DNA from: Bordetella parapertussis
Lineage (GTDB): Bacteria; Pseudomonadota; Gammaproteobacteria; Burkholderiales; SG8-39
NCBI GenBank assembly: GCA_945861875.1
Contig: CAMAWC010000003.1
Coordinates: 3,754-67,753 of the forward strand
DNA length: 64,000 nucleotides
Reading direction: 5' to 3'
Position 1 is the first letter of the stretch, and the number at the start of each line of letters is the position of its first letter. The notes under the pieces are model-generated. The model saw nothing but the letters and a program-made list of their open reading frames with translations. It did not search any database and had not been told where the DNA came from. Position numbers and translations under genes: made by a program. Positions 48,420 to 58,402 of the stretch are shown here, piece after piece.

Positions 48420-49805
48420 GTGAACGACCCGAGACTGATCGCCGAAACGAAACGCCAGTTGACCGCCAAGGGAGTGGAGTACTGCCTTGCGGCTTACGTT
48501 GATGGTCATGGCGTGCCGAAAACCAAGACCGTGCCTATGGCCTATTTTGAAAAAATGGCAAAAGGCTCCGAACTCTTCACCGTCGGTGCCCTCGAGGGCC
48601 TCGGCTTGATCGGTCCGCAAAAAGACGAATGTGCGGCGGTCCCCGATCTGTCCAATCCAGTCATTCTTCCTTGGGACAAGCGATTCGCCTGGTTTGCCAG
48701 CGACCTTTACTACCATGGTGAGCCGTACGTAAATTGCCCCAGGGTCGCGCTGAAGCGTGTTTTGGCGAAGACCGCTGCAGCCAAGCAGGTGTTCAACCTT
48801 GGTGTCGAGCCCGAGTTTTACGTGTTCCGCAAGTCTGCCGGCGGCTTTGAGCCCATGGCGACGAGCCGTTTTTTGGGGCCGACTCCCGCATACGATGCCG
48901 ACCAGACGATGCAGTCGTTCGCTTTCCTCGACCCGATCGTGAGGTACATGAACGAACTGGGCTGGGGCGTCTATTCGTTCGACCAGGAGGGGGGGCGCGG
49001 CCAGTATGAGCTGGATTTTGCCTATGCCGATGCGCTCAAGACCTGTGACAGGCTGATATTTTTGCGTTTTATGGCAAAGCAGGTGGCCCGCTCCATTGGA
49101 TGCGTTGCGAGCTTCATGCCCAAGCCGTTCAGCGATGATTTTCGTTCCGGCGCCCACTACAACATGTCTTTGGCCGACGCAAAGTCAAAGGTCAACCTGT
49201 TTGAGCCGAAACGTTCCGCGCCGGGCAAGCTGGCGAAGCGCTACGGTATCGAGATTGCCGACATCGCCCTCCACTTTTCAGCGGGACTGTTGGCGCATGC
49301 GCCGGCATTGACGGCGCTTTCCTGTCCGACCTTCAATTCCTACAAGGGGCTGGTTTCTCAGGGAGACATGGCAGACATGTCCTGGGCGCCGGTAATGCGG
49401 TGCTATGGCCGCAACAACCGTTCCGCGATGCTCCGATTGCCGATGAACCGCTATTGCATCGAGAACCGTTCCCCGGATATCAGCACGAACTATTACCTGA
49501 CGGCGGCGTTTTCCCTCGCGGCCGGCATGGAGGGCATGAAAAAACAGTCCGATCCGGGCGCGCCCTGGAACGAGAACCTGTACGAACTCGAAGGCGGGCG
49601 CACGACCCGCTCACAGCCCATGCCCGAGCGTCTGCCACGTACGCTCATCGAAGCCCTTGATGCGTTCGGGACGGACCCCTTGATCGTCGACACCTTTGGG
49701 GCGGAGTTCCGGGATATTTATTTGAAACAAAAGACAAAGGAATGGGAGCAGGCCTTCTACAAAATTTCCGATGAAGAGCGGCACAGCGCGATGGAATACA
49801 TTTGA
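48420..49805 (+). CDS. Glutamine synthetase-like gamma-glutamyl ligase (GlnT / gamma-glutamylmethylamide synthetase-like)
   Basis: LGVEPEFY, DQEGGRGQYE, FMPKPF, SGAHYNMS, YGRNNRSAMLR, IENRSPD; GTG start with a GAGGGG RBS. Confidence 0.88.
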   Translation: MNDPRLIAETKRQLTAKGVEYCLAAYVDGHGVPKTKTVPMAYFEKMAKGSELFTVGALEGLGLIGPQKDECAAVPDLSNPVILPWDKRFAWFASDLYYHGEPYVNCPRVALKRVLAKTAAAKQVFNLGVEPEFYVFRKSAGGFEPMATSRFLGPTPAYDADQTMQSFAFLDPIVRYMNELGWGVYSFDQEGGRGQYELDFAYADALKTCDRLIFLRFMAKQVARSIGCVASFMPKPFSDDFRSGAHYNMSLADAKSKVNLFEPKRSAPGKLAKRYGIEIADIALHFSAGLLAHAPALTALSCPTFNSYKGLVSQGDMADMSWAPVMRCYGRNNRSAMLRLPMNRYCIENRSPDISTNYYLTAAFSLAAGMEGMKKQSDPGAPWNENLYELEGGRTTRSQPMPERLPRTLIEALDAFGTDPLIVDTFGAEFRDIYLKQKTKEWEQAFYKISDEERHSAMEYI

Positions 49806-49818
49806 GGCGCAGAGGGGC

Positions 49819-50457
49819 ATGAACTCGCCCAATGCCAGTATCCAGCTCTACACGGCCGCTACCGGAAACGGCCGTCGGGCGACCATCATGCTCGAGGAGT
49901 GCGGGCTGCCGTATGTTGCCCACGTCATTCCCATCGGCAAGGCCGCGGTCAAGCCGTTCGAATTTTTGCGCATCAATCCGCACGGAACAGTGCCGCTGAT
50001 TGTCGATCCGGGGGGCGAACATGGACGGGACGTGGTGTTGCGCCAGTCAAGCGCCATCCTGCTGTATCTGGCGGAAAAGTCTGGAAAGCTGCTGCCGCGG
50101 GATCCGGCCGCGCGGGCCGTGATGTTCGAATGGATGATGTTCGCCGTGACCGACGTTGTCGGGTCAAACACGGCGATGTACCAGACAATGACCGAGTTTC
50201 CCGACAACGCGCCCGGCGTGGTCGAGTTTTTCCGGCGCCAATTGGTGGAATTCCTGCGTGTTTGCGACGCGAGACTGGCTCAATCAGAGTATCTGGCCGG
50301 AGCGGAAATGAGCATCGCCGACATCGCGCTTTTTCCGGTGTTCGTGAGCAGGGCAGCCTTGGTAGAGGAGTCGGACGGGCTGGACAATTTCAAGCGATGG
50401 GCGGCGGCAATCGGCGCCAGGGCGGGTGTACGGCGCGCACTTGCCGTGGGAACCTGA
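49819..50457 (+). CDS. Glutathione S-transferase (YfcG/Nu-class-like)
   Basis: TGNGRR..IMLEE, INPHGTVP, QSSAILLYLAEKSG, YLAG..SIADI motifs. Confidence 0.9.
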   Translation: MNSPNASIQLYTAATGNGRRATIMLEECGLPYVAHVIPIGKAAVKPFEFLRINPHGTVPLIVDPGGEHGRDVVLRQSSAILLYLAEKSGKLLPRDPAARAVMFEWMMFAVTDVVGSNTAMYQTMTEFPDNAPGVVEFFRRQLVEFLRVCDARLAQSEYLAGAEMSIADIALFPVFVSRAALVEESDGLDNFKRWAAAIGARAGVRRALAVGT

Positions 50458-50641
50458 AGGCCGTGCCTTTCATCAAAAGTGCGCGCAAGCGACGACGGTA
50501 TTGGGTTTTTTAAACTTCCGGGTATTGCATGGTTCGCATATACGAACGACGTGGAACAAGCAAACCGGGCGGGAAGCATGACTTTATGGCAGGCCTTTGT
50601 GGCAGACGGGTTCGACTCGACAACACCTCTGGGAGAATGAC

Positions 50642-51769
50642 ATGAATGACATGAATAAAAAAGGCAAGACAAGTTTTGCCACTCGGCGCAGGATTCTTGC
50701 GGGCGCCGCCGCCGGGACGGCATTGGCGGTCACCGGAATGTCAATGCCCGCCATCGGGCAGGGGCTGACCAAGGTCAAGCTGACGCTTCCCTGGTTGCCG
50801 CAGGGGTCTCAATTGTGGCCGTTTGTGGCGAAGGAACGCGGGTTTTGGCGCAAGCGGGGTCTTGATGTGGAAATCGTCCGCGGTTTCGGCTCCAACGCCG
50901 CCATCCAAACGCTGGTGCAGCGCCAGACCGATGTCGGCATCATTGCGGTCCCCTCGATCATGCTGTCCGCCGCACAAGGCGTACCCTTGCGCTCGTTCGG
51001 CATCGTCGGCTACGACCTCGGCATGGGCATCCTTACCCTTGAGGAAGGGCCGATTAAAACCCTCAAGGACCTCGAGGGTCGCAAACTCGGTACGACGCCC
51101 CCGTCGGCAGAGGCGCCGTATGTGGATGCTTTTCTGCAGGGCTCGAATGTTGACCTGAGCAAGGTATCGCGCGTTGCGTTACAGGGCAATGTGCTCGATT
51201 CATCCCTGCTCAATAAGCAGGTGGACGCCATTTCCGCGGTCGCAACGTCCAACCTGCCGAGTCTGCTGTCCCAGGGCATCAAGCTGCGCTTTTTTCCGAT
51301 GAACAGCGCCGGTATCAACACATACTCGCTCGGTTTGACGGTGGCGCCGGAGTATGCAAGCGCCAACCGGGCCGTCGTTGAAGGGTGGGTTGACGGAATG
51401 AATGAGGGCATCAAGTATTTCATGCTCAATTTCGAGGAATCGGTGGACCTGTTTGTGAATGCGGTACCGGAGGTGAAAATGTCCGCCACCGGAAAGGTGC
51501 ACACGCGCTACGGGGCAGGCCTTGCCCTTGCCACCATGATGGCGCCGGAGTTGCGCGATCATGGGCTGGGCTGGGCAGACATGGCGTCCTTGAACAAGCA
51601 AACCGATTTGGTGATGAAGTTCGGAGCGCCGCCAACGGCCAAGCGCCCGGACGTCGGCGCCATCTTCACCAACGAGTTCGCGGGCAGGATGAAGCTCACT
51701 GCGCAAGAAGACGCCAGTGTGCGCAAGACCGCCGCGGAGTTTGCCCGTCACCTGAACTTCAAGGTCTGA
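50642..51769 (+). CDS. ABC substrate-binding protein, NMT1/THI5/SsuA-like, with Tat signal
   Basis: TRRRIL leader; VKLTLPWLPQG, VAKERGF...GLDVEI..GFGS, IKTLKDLEGRKLG. Confidence 0.88.
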   Translation: MNDMNKKGKTSFATRRRILAGAAAGTALAVTGMSMPAIGQGLTKVKLTLPWLPQGSQLWPFVAKERGFWRKRGLDVEIVRGFGSNAAIQTLVQRQTDVGIIAVPSIMLSAAQGVPLRSFGIVGYDLGMGILTLEEGPIKTLKDLEGRKLGTTPPSAEAPYVDAFLQGSNVDLSKVSRVALQGNVLDSSLLNKQVDAISAVATSNLPSLLSQGIKLRFFPMNSAGINTYSLGLTVAPEYASANRAVVEGWVDGMNEGIKYFMLNFEESVDLFVNAVPEVKMSATGKVHTRYGAGLALATMMAPELRDHGLGWADMASLNKQTDLVMKFGAPPTAKRPDVGAIFTNEFAGRMKLTAQEDASVRKTAAEFARHLNFKV

Positions 51770-51781
51770 GGGGAAATCCGG

Positions 51782-52630
51782 ATGGCCGTCGCACCCGCCC
51801 AGCCTCCAAGGCCGCCCAGCGAGGAAGCCTTCATACGCGTCGCCGGGGTGGGCAAGACCTACGCCGGCAAAGGTGGGCGGGGGCTCAAAGCACTGCACGA
51901 TGTCAGCTTTGACGTGGGACGACGGCAGTTCATTTCCATTCTCGGTGCATCCGGCTGCGGGAAAAGCACGTTGTTGATGATGATTGCGGGGCTGGAGCAG
52001 ATCAGTGCGGGCCAGATCATCATTGCCGGGCAGGTCGCCGGCCGTCCGCGCCGCGATGTCGGCGTTATCTTCCAGGACGCGACTTTGCTGCCATGGAAGA
52101 CGGCCATCGAGAACGTGCTTCTCCCTATAGAAATATTCGGGCTTAAGAAGGAGCAGTACCGCGAGCGTGCGGAGGCCTTGCTTGGGCTGGTGGGGCTGGG
52201 CCACGCGATGGACAAGCGCCCACGCGAGTTATCCGGAGGCATGCGGCAAAGGGTGTCGATCTGCCGGGCGCTCATCCATGAGCCGTCGGTGCTGTTGATG
52301 GATGAACCGTTCTCGGCGCTTGATGCGATCACGCGTGATGACTTGAACGTCGAACTGCTGCGCATCTGGGACCGTTACCACCAAACGGCTTTGTTCGTCA
52401 CGCACTCGATAAGAGAGGCGGCATTCCTGTCCGATCGCGTCATTGTTCTGGGTGACCGTCCAGGGCGTGTTCTGGCGGACATGACCATGCCGTTTCCGCG
52501 GCCACGTGATCTTTCCATCGGCGAAACGATCGAGTTCAACCGCATTTGCGCCGAACTCCGGCACCACGTCGCCACGGGGCACGCCGAAGCGTCGGCAGCG
52601 GTATCTACCACGACCGGAGCGGCGACTTGA
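51782..52630 (+). CDS. ABC ATP-binding protein (TauB/SsuB/NitT-like)
   Basis: GASGCGKST, LSGGMRQR, LMDEPFSALD, VTHSIREA. Confidence 0.93.
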   Translation: MAVAPAQPPRPPSEEAFIRVAGVGKTYAGKGGRGLKALHDVSFDVGRRQFISILGASGCGKSTLLMMIAGLEQISAGQIIIAGQVAGRPRRDVGVIFQDATLLPWKTAIENVLLPIEIFGLKKEQYRERAEALLGLVGLGHAMDKRPRELSGGMRQRVSICRALIHEPSVLLMDEPFSALDAITRDDLNVELLRIWDRYHQTALFVTHSIREAAFLSDRVIVLGDRPGRVLADMTMPFPRPRDLSIGETIEFNRICAELRHHVATGHAEASAAVSTTTGAAT

Positions 52631-53451
52631 AGCCCGAATCATCGACTGTCGAAGTATTCGAAGCCGCTGGCGGACCGACGGCGTCCGAAGGCTCGGCCCT
52701 GGCGTACGTACTTCGCAAGATCGCACAACCGGTTGCCGCGGCGGCGGTATTCCTTCTGGCTTGGGAGATACTGGTCAGGGCCTACCAGATCAAACCGGCA
52801 TTCCTGCCCCCGCCCAGCGCTATTCTGCTTGCCATGGCGGCGCAGTGGGAAATCCTCCTGAAAAACGCCGTTCCCACGGCACTGGAGTCACTTGGCGGAT
52901 TTGTCCTGTCGGTGGTGGTCGGGGTAATGCTCGGGGCGTTGTTGACGTTTTCGAGGGCGTCGCGCGACTATCTTTACCCAAACGTCGTATTGTTCCAGCT
53001 TGTGCCCAAGGTCGCAGTGGCACCGCTGTTCATGCTTTGGCTCGGGATCGACTGGCAGTCACGGGTGGCCATCGCGTTTTTCATCGCGTTTTTCCCCATT
53101 GTCATTTCCACGGTATCGGGCCTGAATGCGGTCGATCCGACCCTGCTTCGCCTTTTCCGCAGCCTGACTGCGAACGAATGGCAGGTGTTTATGAAGGTGC
53201 GCGTTCCGATGTCACTGCCGTTTGTCTTCAACGGCATGAAGATCAGCATGACGCTGGCTATCATCGGCGTCATTGTCGGCGAGTTTGTCACTTCACAACG
53301 CGGCCTCGGTTACATCATTCTTTTTGCCGGATCACGCCTTGAAACGGCGTTGGTCCTGGCAGCCATACTCGTGCTTTGCATCGTGGGCCTCCTCCTGTAC
53401 GGCATTGTGGCGCTGGCCGAGCACCTGATCATGAAGAAATACGGCGCTTGA
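52627..53451 (+). CDS. ABC permease (TauC/SsuC-like)
   Basis: FLPPPS, PKVAVAPL..LWLG, FFPI, IGVIVGEFV..RGLG; TTG start overlapping the ATPase stop (start uncertain). Confidence 0.88.
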   Translation: MKPESSTVEVFEAAGGPTASEGSALAYVLRKIAQPVAAAAVFLLAWEILVRAYQIKPAFLPPPSAILLAMAAQWEILLKNAVPTALESLGGFVLSVVVGVMLGALLTFSRASRDYLYPNVVLFQLVPKVAVAPLFMLWLGIDWQSRVAIAFFIAFFPIVISTVSGLNAVDPTLLRLFRSLTANEWQVFMKVRVPMSLPFVFNGMKISMTLAIIGVIVGEFVTSQRGLGYIILFAGSRLETALVLAAILVLCIVGLLLYGIVALAEHLIMKKYGA

Positions 53452-53453
53452 GC

Positions 53454-54251
53454 ATGGTGCAAACCGGCTTTTCAAACCGGGTCGCCCTGATCACCGGCGG
53501 CGCCACGGGGATTGGGCTGGAACTGGCGAGGCAGCTGCGTTTGCGCAACAACGAGGTGGTGATTTGCGGGCGCCGGCAGGAGTTGGTCGAGAGTGCGCTG
53601 AGGTCGATACCAGGGTTGCGTGGCATCGCATGTGACCTGGGCGCGGACGAGGGCATCGACCGCCTGCTCGATTTTGTCCGCAGCGAGAAACTGACTATCG
53701 ACCTGCTGGTCAATAACGCGGGCATACAGGTGCAGACGGACCTGATGGTCGCCGATGATCGCATCACCGGGGCGCTGGAGTATGAGTTGCAGGTCAACCT
53801 GCTTGCACCGATGAAGCTGACAAAGCGCCTGCTGCCGTCGCTGCTGTCGCGGCCGGACGCGGTGATCCTCAATATGCTTTCCCTGCTCGCAATCATGCCC
53901 AAGGCAAATGCCCCCGGATATTGCGCCGCCAAGGCCGGGCTTTTTGCTTTTTCGAAGTCGCTTCGTGTTTTGCTCGCGCAACGCGACATCCGGGTTTTTG
54001 TGGCTTTCCCGCCGCTGGTCGACACGCCGATGATGCGGGGGCGGGGCAGCAACAAGATGCCGGTGGAGACATTTGTCCGGGAGATGCTTGAACAAATGTC
54101 GCGTGGGCGTCTGGATATTTGCGTCGGATCGGCGCGCACCCTTTATCGGCTGGAACGCCTCTCACCGGCGCTTGCCGGATGGTGGACCCGACGCATCTCG
54201 GCCGGCAGCACCCTTCCGGCCGAACAACCCAAGACACCCCCTATCCAATAA
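53454..54251 (+). CDS. Short-chain dehydrogenase (DltE-like SDR)
   Basis: TGGATGIG, VICGR, VNNAG, YCAAK, PPLVDT motifs. Confidence 0.9.
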   Translation: MVQTGFSNRVALITGGATGIGLELARQLRLRNNEVVICGRRQELVESALRSIPGLRGIACDLGADEGIDRLLDFVRSEKLTIDLLVNNAGIQVQTDLMVADDRITGALEYELQVNLLAPMKLTKRLLPSLLSRPDAVILNMLSLLAIMPKANAPGYCAAKAGLFAFSKSLRVLLAQRDIRVFVAFPPLVDTPMMRGRGSNKMPVETFVREMLEQMSRGRLDICVGSARTLYRLERLSPALAGWWTRRISAGSTLPAEQPKTPPIQ

Positions 54252-54275
54252 ACGGTATTGGCCGGAGATCCCGTT

Positions 54276-55418
54276 ATGCAAGGCAATATGTTTGACCCGA
54301 AACTCTACGATGCAGTCAGGCGCCCCCTGGGAGAGGCCAGCCACCTGCCGGCCTGGTGCTACACCTCGGAGGCGTTCTATCGCGCCGAAGTCGAGCGCAT
54401 TTTTATGCGGACGTGGAATTTCATTGGCCGCGCCGATCAGCTTAAAAAGCCGGGGGACTATTTCACCGTCGAGATGACCGGGATTCCGCTCATCGTCTTG
54501 CGCGGCGCGGATGGGAAATTGAGTGCATTCGTCAATTCCTGCCGCCATCGCGGCGCGCGCCTGCTCACCGGAGAGGGTTCGGGCCGCCGTACCATCGCCT
54601 GTCCGTATCATGCCTGGGTGTATGGAATGGACGGAAGCCTGCTTGCGGCGCAGGGCATGGATGGCATAGTGGATTTTCAACTTGGCGACCATGGTTTGCA
54701 ATCCGTGCGCCTTGAAACCTGGGATGGTTTCGTTTTTGTCAATTTCGATGCGGGGGCGGGCAGCCTTGACGAGTACCTCGGGGACCTGCCGCAGAGGATG
54801 GCCTCATACGATCTGGGCAGCATGGTGACGGTGCGGCGCAAGGAGTACCAGATAGACTGCAACTGGAAGCTGCTTACCGAGAACTCGATGGAGGAATATC
54901 ACACTTCGACGGTTCATCGTGGATCAATCGGGGCGCAGACGCTTACCTACGAAAAGGGGCGCGGGCAGTGGGAGGCCGGCCATTTGTTTTCGGAAAAATC
55001 CGTCGCGACCCTTCCCGGTGAAAAGGGCGGATTTCCGCATATCAAGTCCCTTACCGGGAACGCGGCGCAGGGAACCTACTTCGTTCTACTCAATCCCTGC
55101 ACGACGCTGGCCCTGGCACAGGATTCCCTGATGTGGCTGGAGCTATACCCCCTCGGGGCGGCACGAACAAAGCTGGTTGTCGGCTCCGCCTTCCCGCGTT
55201 CGACTGTCGAGCGCGCCGACTTTGAAGAGGTCGTCCAGATCTACTACCGCAGGTGGGACAAGTCGATTCCCGAGGATAACTGGATTTCCGAGGAGCAGCA
55301 GCGCGGTCTGGAGTCGCCGCTGAGCAAGACCGGCAGGGTATCCCGGTTCGAGCCGGTCGTTCACAGTATGGCCAACTGGATCCTTGACCGGGTGCTGGAG
55401 GTTCCAGGCAAAAAATGA
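54276..55418 (+). CDS. Rieske non-heme iron oxygenase alpha subunit 1 (choline monooxygenase/CntA-like)
   Basis: CRH...CPYH Rieske ligands; ENSMEEYHTSTVH and PEDN Fe-site residues. Confidence 0.92.
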   Translation: MQGNMFDPKLYDAVRRPLGEASHLPAWCYTSEAFYRAEVERIFMRTWNFIGRADQLKKPGDYFTVEMTGIPLIVLRGADGKLSAFVNSCRHRGARLLTGEGSGRRTIACPYHAWVYGMDGSLLAAQGMDGIVDFQLGDHGLQSVRLETWDGFVFVNFDAGAGSLDEYLGDLPQRMASYDLGSMVTVRRKEYQIDCNWKLLTENSMEEYHTSTVHRGSIGAQTLTYEKGRGQWEAGHLFSEKSVATLPGEKGGFPHIKSLTGNAAQGTYFVLLNPCTTLALAQDSLMWLELYPLGAARTKLVVGSAFPRSTVERADFEEVVQIYYRRWDKSIPEDNWISEEQQRGLESPLSKTGRVSRFEPVVHSMANWILDRVLEVPGKK

Positions 55419-55535
55419 GTTCCCGTACACGTACCAATCACAGCAAATACAAACCCAAACTGCCGGACCGCGCCACGGTTGCAGGTCAGACGGGTCTGCA
55501 TCGCTGCATTGAAACAGCTGCCAAGGGGAAGTGAT

Positions 55536-56531
55536 ATGACGGACAAGAAGCTTGTAACCTATGTAAAGAATGTTCGCTCCCTCGGAGCGGTATTCGATCT
55601 CGACAAAGAGGTTTTCGCAAAGGTGGCCGCGCGCTTCCCGGAAGTCGCGAAGAGGCTTGATTTACGGATCGGCTACGACGACGACGAAGTGGCGAAATGG
55701 CTGCCGGAGGCCGAAATCCTGTTTGCCTGGGAGTTCGATCGCAGCAATCTTGCCGTGGCGGCGCCCAAGCTGCAGTGGATACAGTTGATGGGCGCCGGCC
55801 TGGACCATCTGCTGCCGCTCGACTGGCTGCCTCCGAAAGTTCGCCTTGCCACCGCCGCCGGGGCTCATCATGACAAGGCGGGTGAGTTCCTGTCCACCGC
55901 CGTATTAATGCTGAACAACTGGATTCCGGCATTTGCCACGGAACAACGATCGGCAAAGTGGGCAACGCGGTACTCCGGCCCGGTGACCGGGAAAACCGTC
56001 CTTCTGGTCGGCGTCGGCGGAACCGGGGGCGCTTGCGCCGAACGCTGCAAGGCGCTGGGCATGCAGGTATTGGGCGTGCGGCCGAGCCGCAGGCCGCACC
56101 CGGCGGTCGATGAGATGTTTGGCAGCGACGAGTTGAAATCTGTCCTGCCGCGCGCCGATTTCGTCGTCGTCACGGTGCCGCTGACCGAGCGCAACCGCGG
56201 CACCATCGGCCGCGAGGAATTCGCCTGCATGAAGCAGGGCGCGGGACTGGTGAATATCGGTCGCCACGGCGTCGTGAATGAGGCGGCAATGATGGAGGCC
56301 CTGGAGAGCGGCAAACTCTCGGGTGCGGTACACGATCTGGAGGATCCGGCCGCCGTCCCTTGCGACAAGCGACTCTGGACAACGCCCAATTTGCTCATTA
56401 TCCCGCATTGCCTGACCAATGATCCGGCAACATTTCGCGAACATGTGCTTGAAGTATTTTTCAAGAATGTCGATGAATACCTGGCCGGCCGAGAGCTTAA
56501 AACGCTGGTCGATCGGAAGCTGGGGTACTGA
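55536..56531 (+). CDS. D-isomer specific 2-hydroxyacid dehydrogenase family protein
   Basis: LQWIQ..GAGLD, GVGGTG, ADFVV..PLT, VNIGR, IIPH motifs. Confidence 0.87.
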   Translation: MTDKKLVTYVKNVRSLGAVFDLDKEVFAKVAARFPEVAKRLDLRIGYDDDEVAKWLPEAEILFAWEFDRSNLAVAAPKLQWIQLMGAGLDHLLPLDWLPPKVRLATAAGAHHDKAGEFLSTAVLMLNNWIPAFATEQRSAKWATRYSGPVTGKTVLLVGVGGTGGACAERCKALGMQVLGVRPSRRPHPAVDEMFGSDELKSVLPRADFVVVTVPLTERNRGTIGREEFACMKQGAGLVNIGRHGVVNEAAMMEALESGKLSGAVHDLEDPAAVPCDKRLWTTPNLLIIPHCLTNDPATFREHVLEVFFKNVDEYLAGRELKTLVDRKLGY

Positions 56532-56651
56532 ACCCCAACTGGGCATCTAAAAGGATCCGGTGTCAGGTAAAGAGCGCCGGGGCTGATTAATTGATAGCGC
56601 AACGCGGTCGCCATACCGCGGCAATGACTTCACATAAAAAAGGATTTTTCC

Positions 56652-57725
56652 ATGAGCAACCCACGTTACAAGTACAACGCCCTGATGGATTTGGTGGCGG
56701 CCCTTGGCACAAAAGTCGGCTTGCCGGCCGATCGTGCCAGAACGCAGGCGGAGATCCTGCTCGAAGGGGACCTGATGGGACACACGACGCACGGCCTGGC
56801 GCTGTTGCCGGGCATGCTCTCCGGGCTGGAGTCCGGAGCGATCCGCGCTTCCGGCGACCAGATTCAGGTATCGGATCACGGATCGACCATCGTATGGGAT
56901 GCCGACCGCCTGCCGGGTACCTGGATGTTGACAGAGGCCATCTCCGAGGCCTGCCGCAGGATAGACAAACATCCGGTGATGACGGTTGTGCTCAAGCGCA
57001 TGTCCCATATCGCGGCTCTTGGCGCCTATCTTCGCCAAGCGACCGACAAGGGGCTGGTGATCTCGATCATGAATTCCGACCCTTCCATGCGCACCGTCGC
57101 GCCGGCCGGCGGGATGGAAGCGCAGTTGGCGGCAAACCCCATTGCGTTTGGCTATCCGACCGATACGGACCCGGTACTCATCGACGTCAGCACTTCCCCC
57201 GTTGCCAATGGCTGGGTTCGGCGCTGGGGCGCCGAAAAGAAAAAACTGCCGGGTAAATGGCTGCTCGACGCATCAGGAAATCCGACAGACGAGCCGGGTG
57301 CCTTGTTTGGTACGCCGAGTGGCGCGATGCTTCCGCTTGGCGGCCTGGAACTTGGGCACAAGGGCTTTGCCTGGGGGTTGATCGTCGAGGTGCTGACGGC
57401 GGGGCTATCGGGCCTCGGTCGAGCCGACAATGTCGCGCCTAACACCGGTACACCGGTTTTCCTGCAGATCATCGACCCGGATGCGTTTGCGGGAAAGACC
57501 GCATTGAAACGCGAGGCGGGTTGGCTGGCCAATGCCTGCCGCAATTCCAAACCGATTCGTCCCGGATCCACGGTGAGAATGCCGGGGGATTCGGCCCTGG
57601 CATCGCGCCGGCGCCAGCTTGCCGCCGGCGTGGAACTCTATCCGGCCATTCCGCCCGAGTTGTCAAAATGGGCCGACAAGCTGGGTGTCAAAATGCCCGC
57701 GGCGATGGCTGAAGGCGCAGCCTGA
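56652..57725 (+). CDS. Ldh_2 family oxidoreductase (AllD/ComC/DlgD-like)
   Basis: DLMGHTTHGL, SHIAAL, NPIAFG, GHKGF, VRMPG motifs. Confidence 0.9.
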   Translation: MSNPRYKYNALMDLVAALGTKVGLPADRARTQAEILLEGDLMGHTTHGLALLPGMLSGLESGAIRASGDQIQVSDHGSTIVWDADRLPGTWMLTEAISEACRRIDKHPVMTVVLKRMSHIAALGAYLRQATDKGLVISIMNSDPSMRTVAPAGGMEAQLAANPIAFGYPTDTDPVLIDVSTSPVANGWVRRWGAEKKKLPGKWLLDASGNPTDEPGALFGTPSGAMLPLGGLELGHKGFAWGLIVEVLTAGLSGLGRADNVAPNTGTPVFLQIIDPDAFAGKTALKREAGWLANACRNSKPIRPGSTVRMPGDSALASRRRQLAAGVELYPAIPPELSKWADKLGVKMPAAMAEGAA

Positions 57726-57736
57726 ATTTCCGCGCC

Positions 57737-58390
57737 GTGACGGCAGCAGCGCAGGAGCTTCGCCCAAACTGGCCCGACGGCCTTCCGCCCGAAAGGGCGA
57801 AGGACCTGATGGCGGCGGCGCTGGAGCTTTTTGCGCGGCATGACTATTCATCCGTGACGATCAAGGATATTGCGCGCAGCCTGGGGGTGAATACCGCGCT
57901 TATCTACTATTACTTTGACAGCAAGGAAGACCTGTTCCGGGTCACCCTCGAGTATTTCATCCAGAAAGCCCTGGAAACCTTTCGCGGCCTTGAGCGTGCC
58001 AACGAGGATCCGGTGAAAATGCTTTCGGCATGGTTTTCCACCCAGGCGCGCCTCGCCGGCGAGATCCGCCAGTTGGTCAAGATCATGCTCGATTACAGTA
58101 TCTCCGGAGGCCAGTCAAAAGTGGCGGACGCGGCGATTCATGTGTTCTACCAGCACGAGTTGAAGATACTCTCCAGTCGCATCCAGCTTGGTGTCAAAAA
58201 AGGAATCTTCCGTGCCGTCAATGTAAAAAGGGCGGCGCAACTCGCGTCGACCCATCTGGATGGAATCATGGTCGGTTCGCTGATGCATCCTGATTTTGAC
58301 GTTGCCTCGGCGATTCGTGATTTTGAAGAGGTTTTTTGGAACTATCTTGGCTACAGTCCTGCCCGGAAAGTTTTGCTAAAACGCAGATGA
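57737..58390 (+). CDS. TetR/AcrR family transcriptional regulator
   Basis: AALELFA...VTIKDIA..LGVN.ALIYYYFDSKEDLF HTH. Confidence 0.92.
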   Translation: MTAAAQELRPNWPDGLPPERAKDLMAAALELFARHDYSSVTIKDIARSLGVNTALIYYYFDSKEDLFRVTLEYFIQKALETFRGLERANEDPVKMLSAWFSTQARLAGEIRQLVKIMLDYSISGGQSKVADAAIHVFYQHELKILSSRIQLGVKKGIFRAVNVKRAAQLASTHLDGIMVGSLMHPDFDVASAIRDFEEVFWNYLGYSPARKVLLKRR

Positions 58391-58402
58391 AAGGATAGCC
58401 GA

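Noticed and set aside
48420-49805. Housekeeping glnA
   Set aside because: No ntrBC linkage, GlnT/GMAS-like motif variants, and a catabolic operon context.
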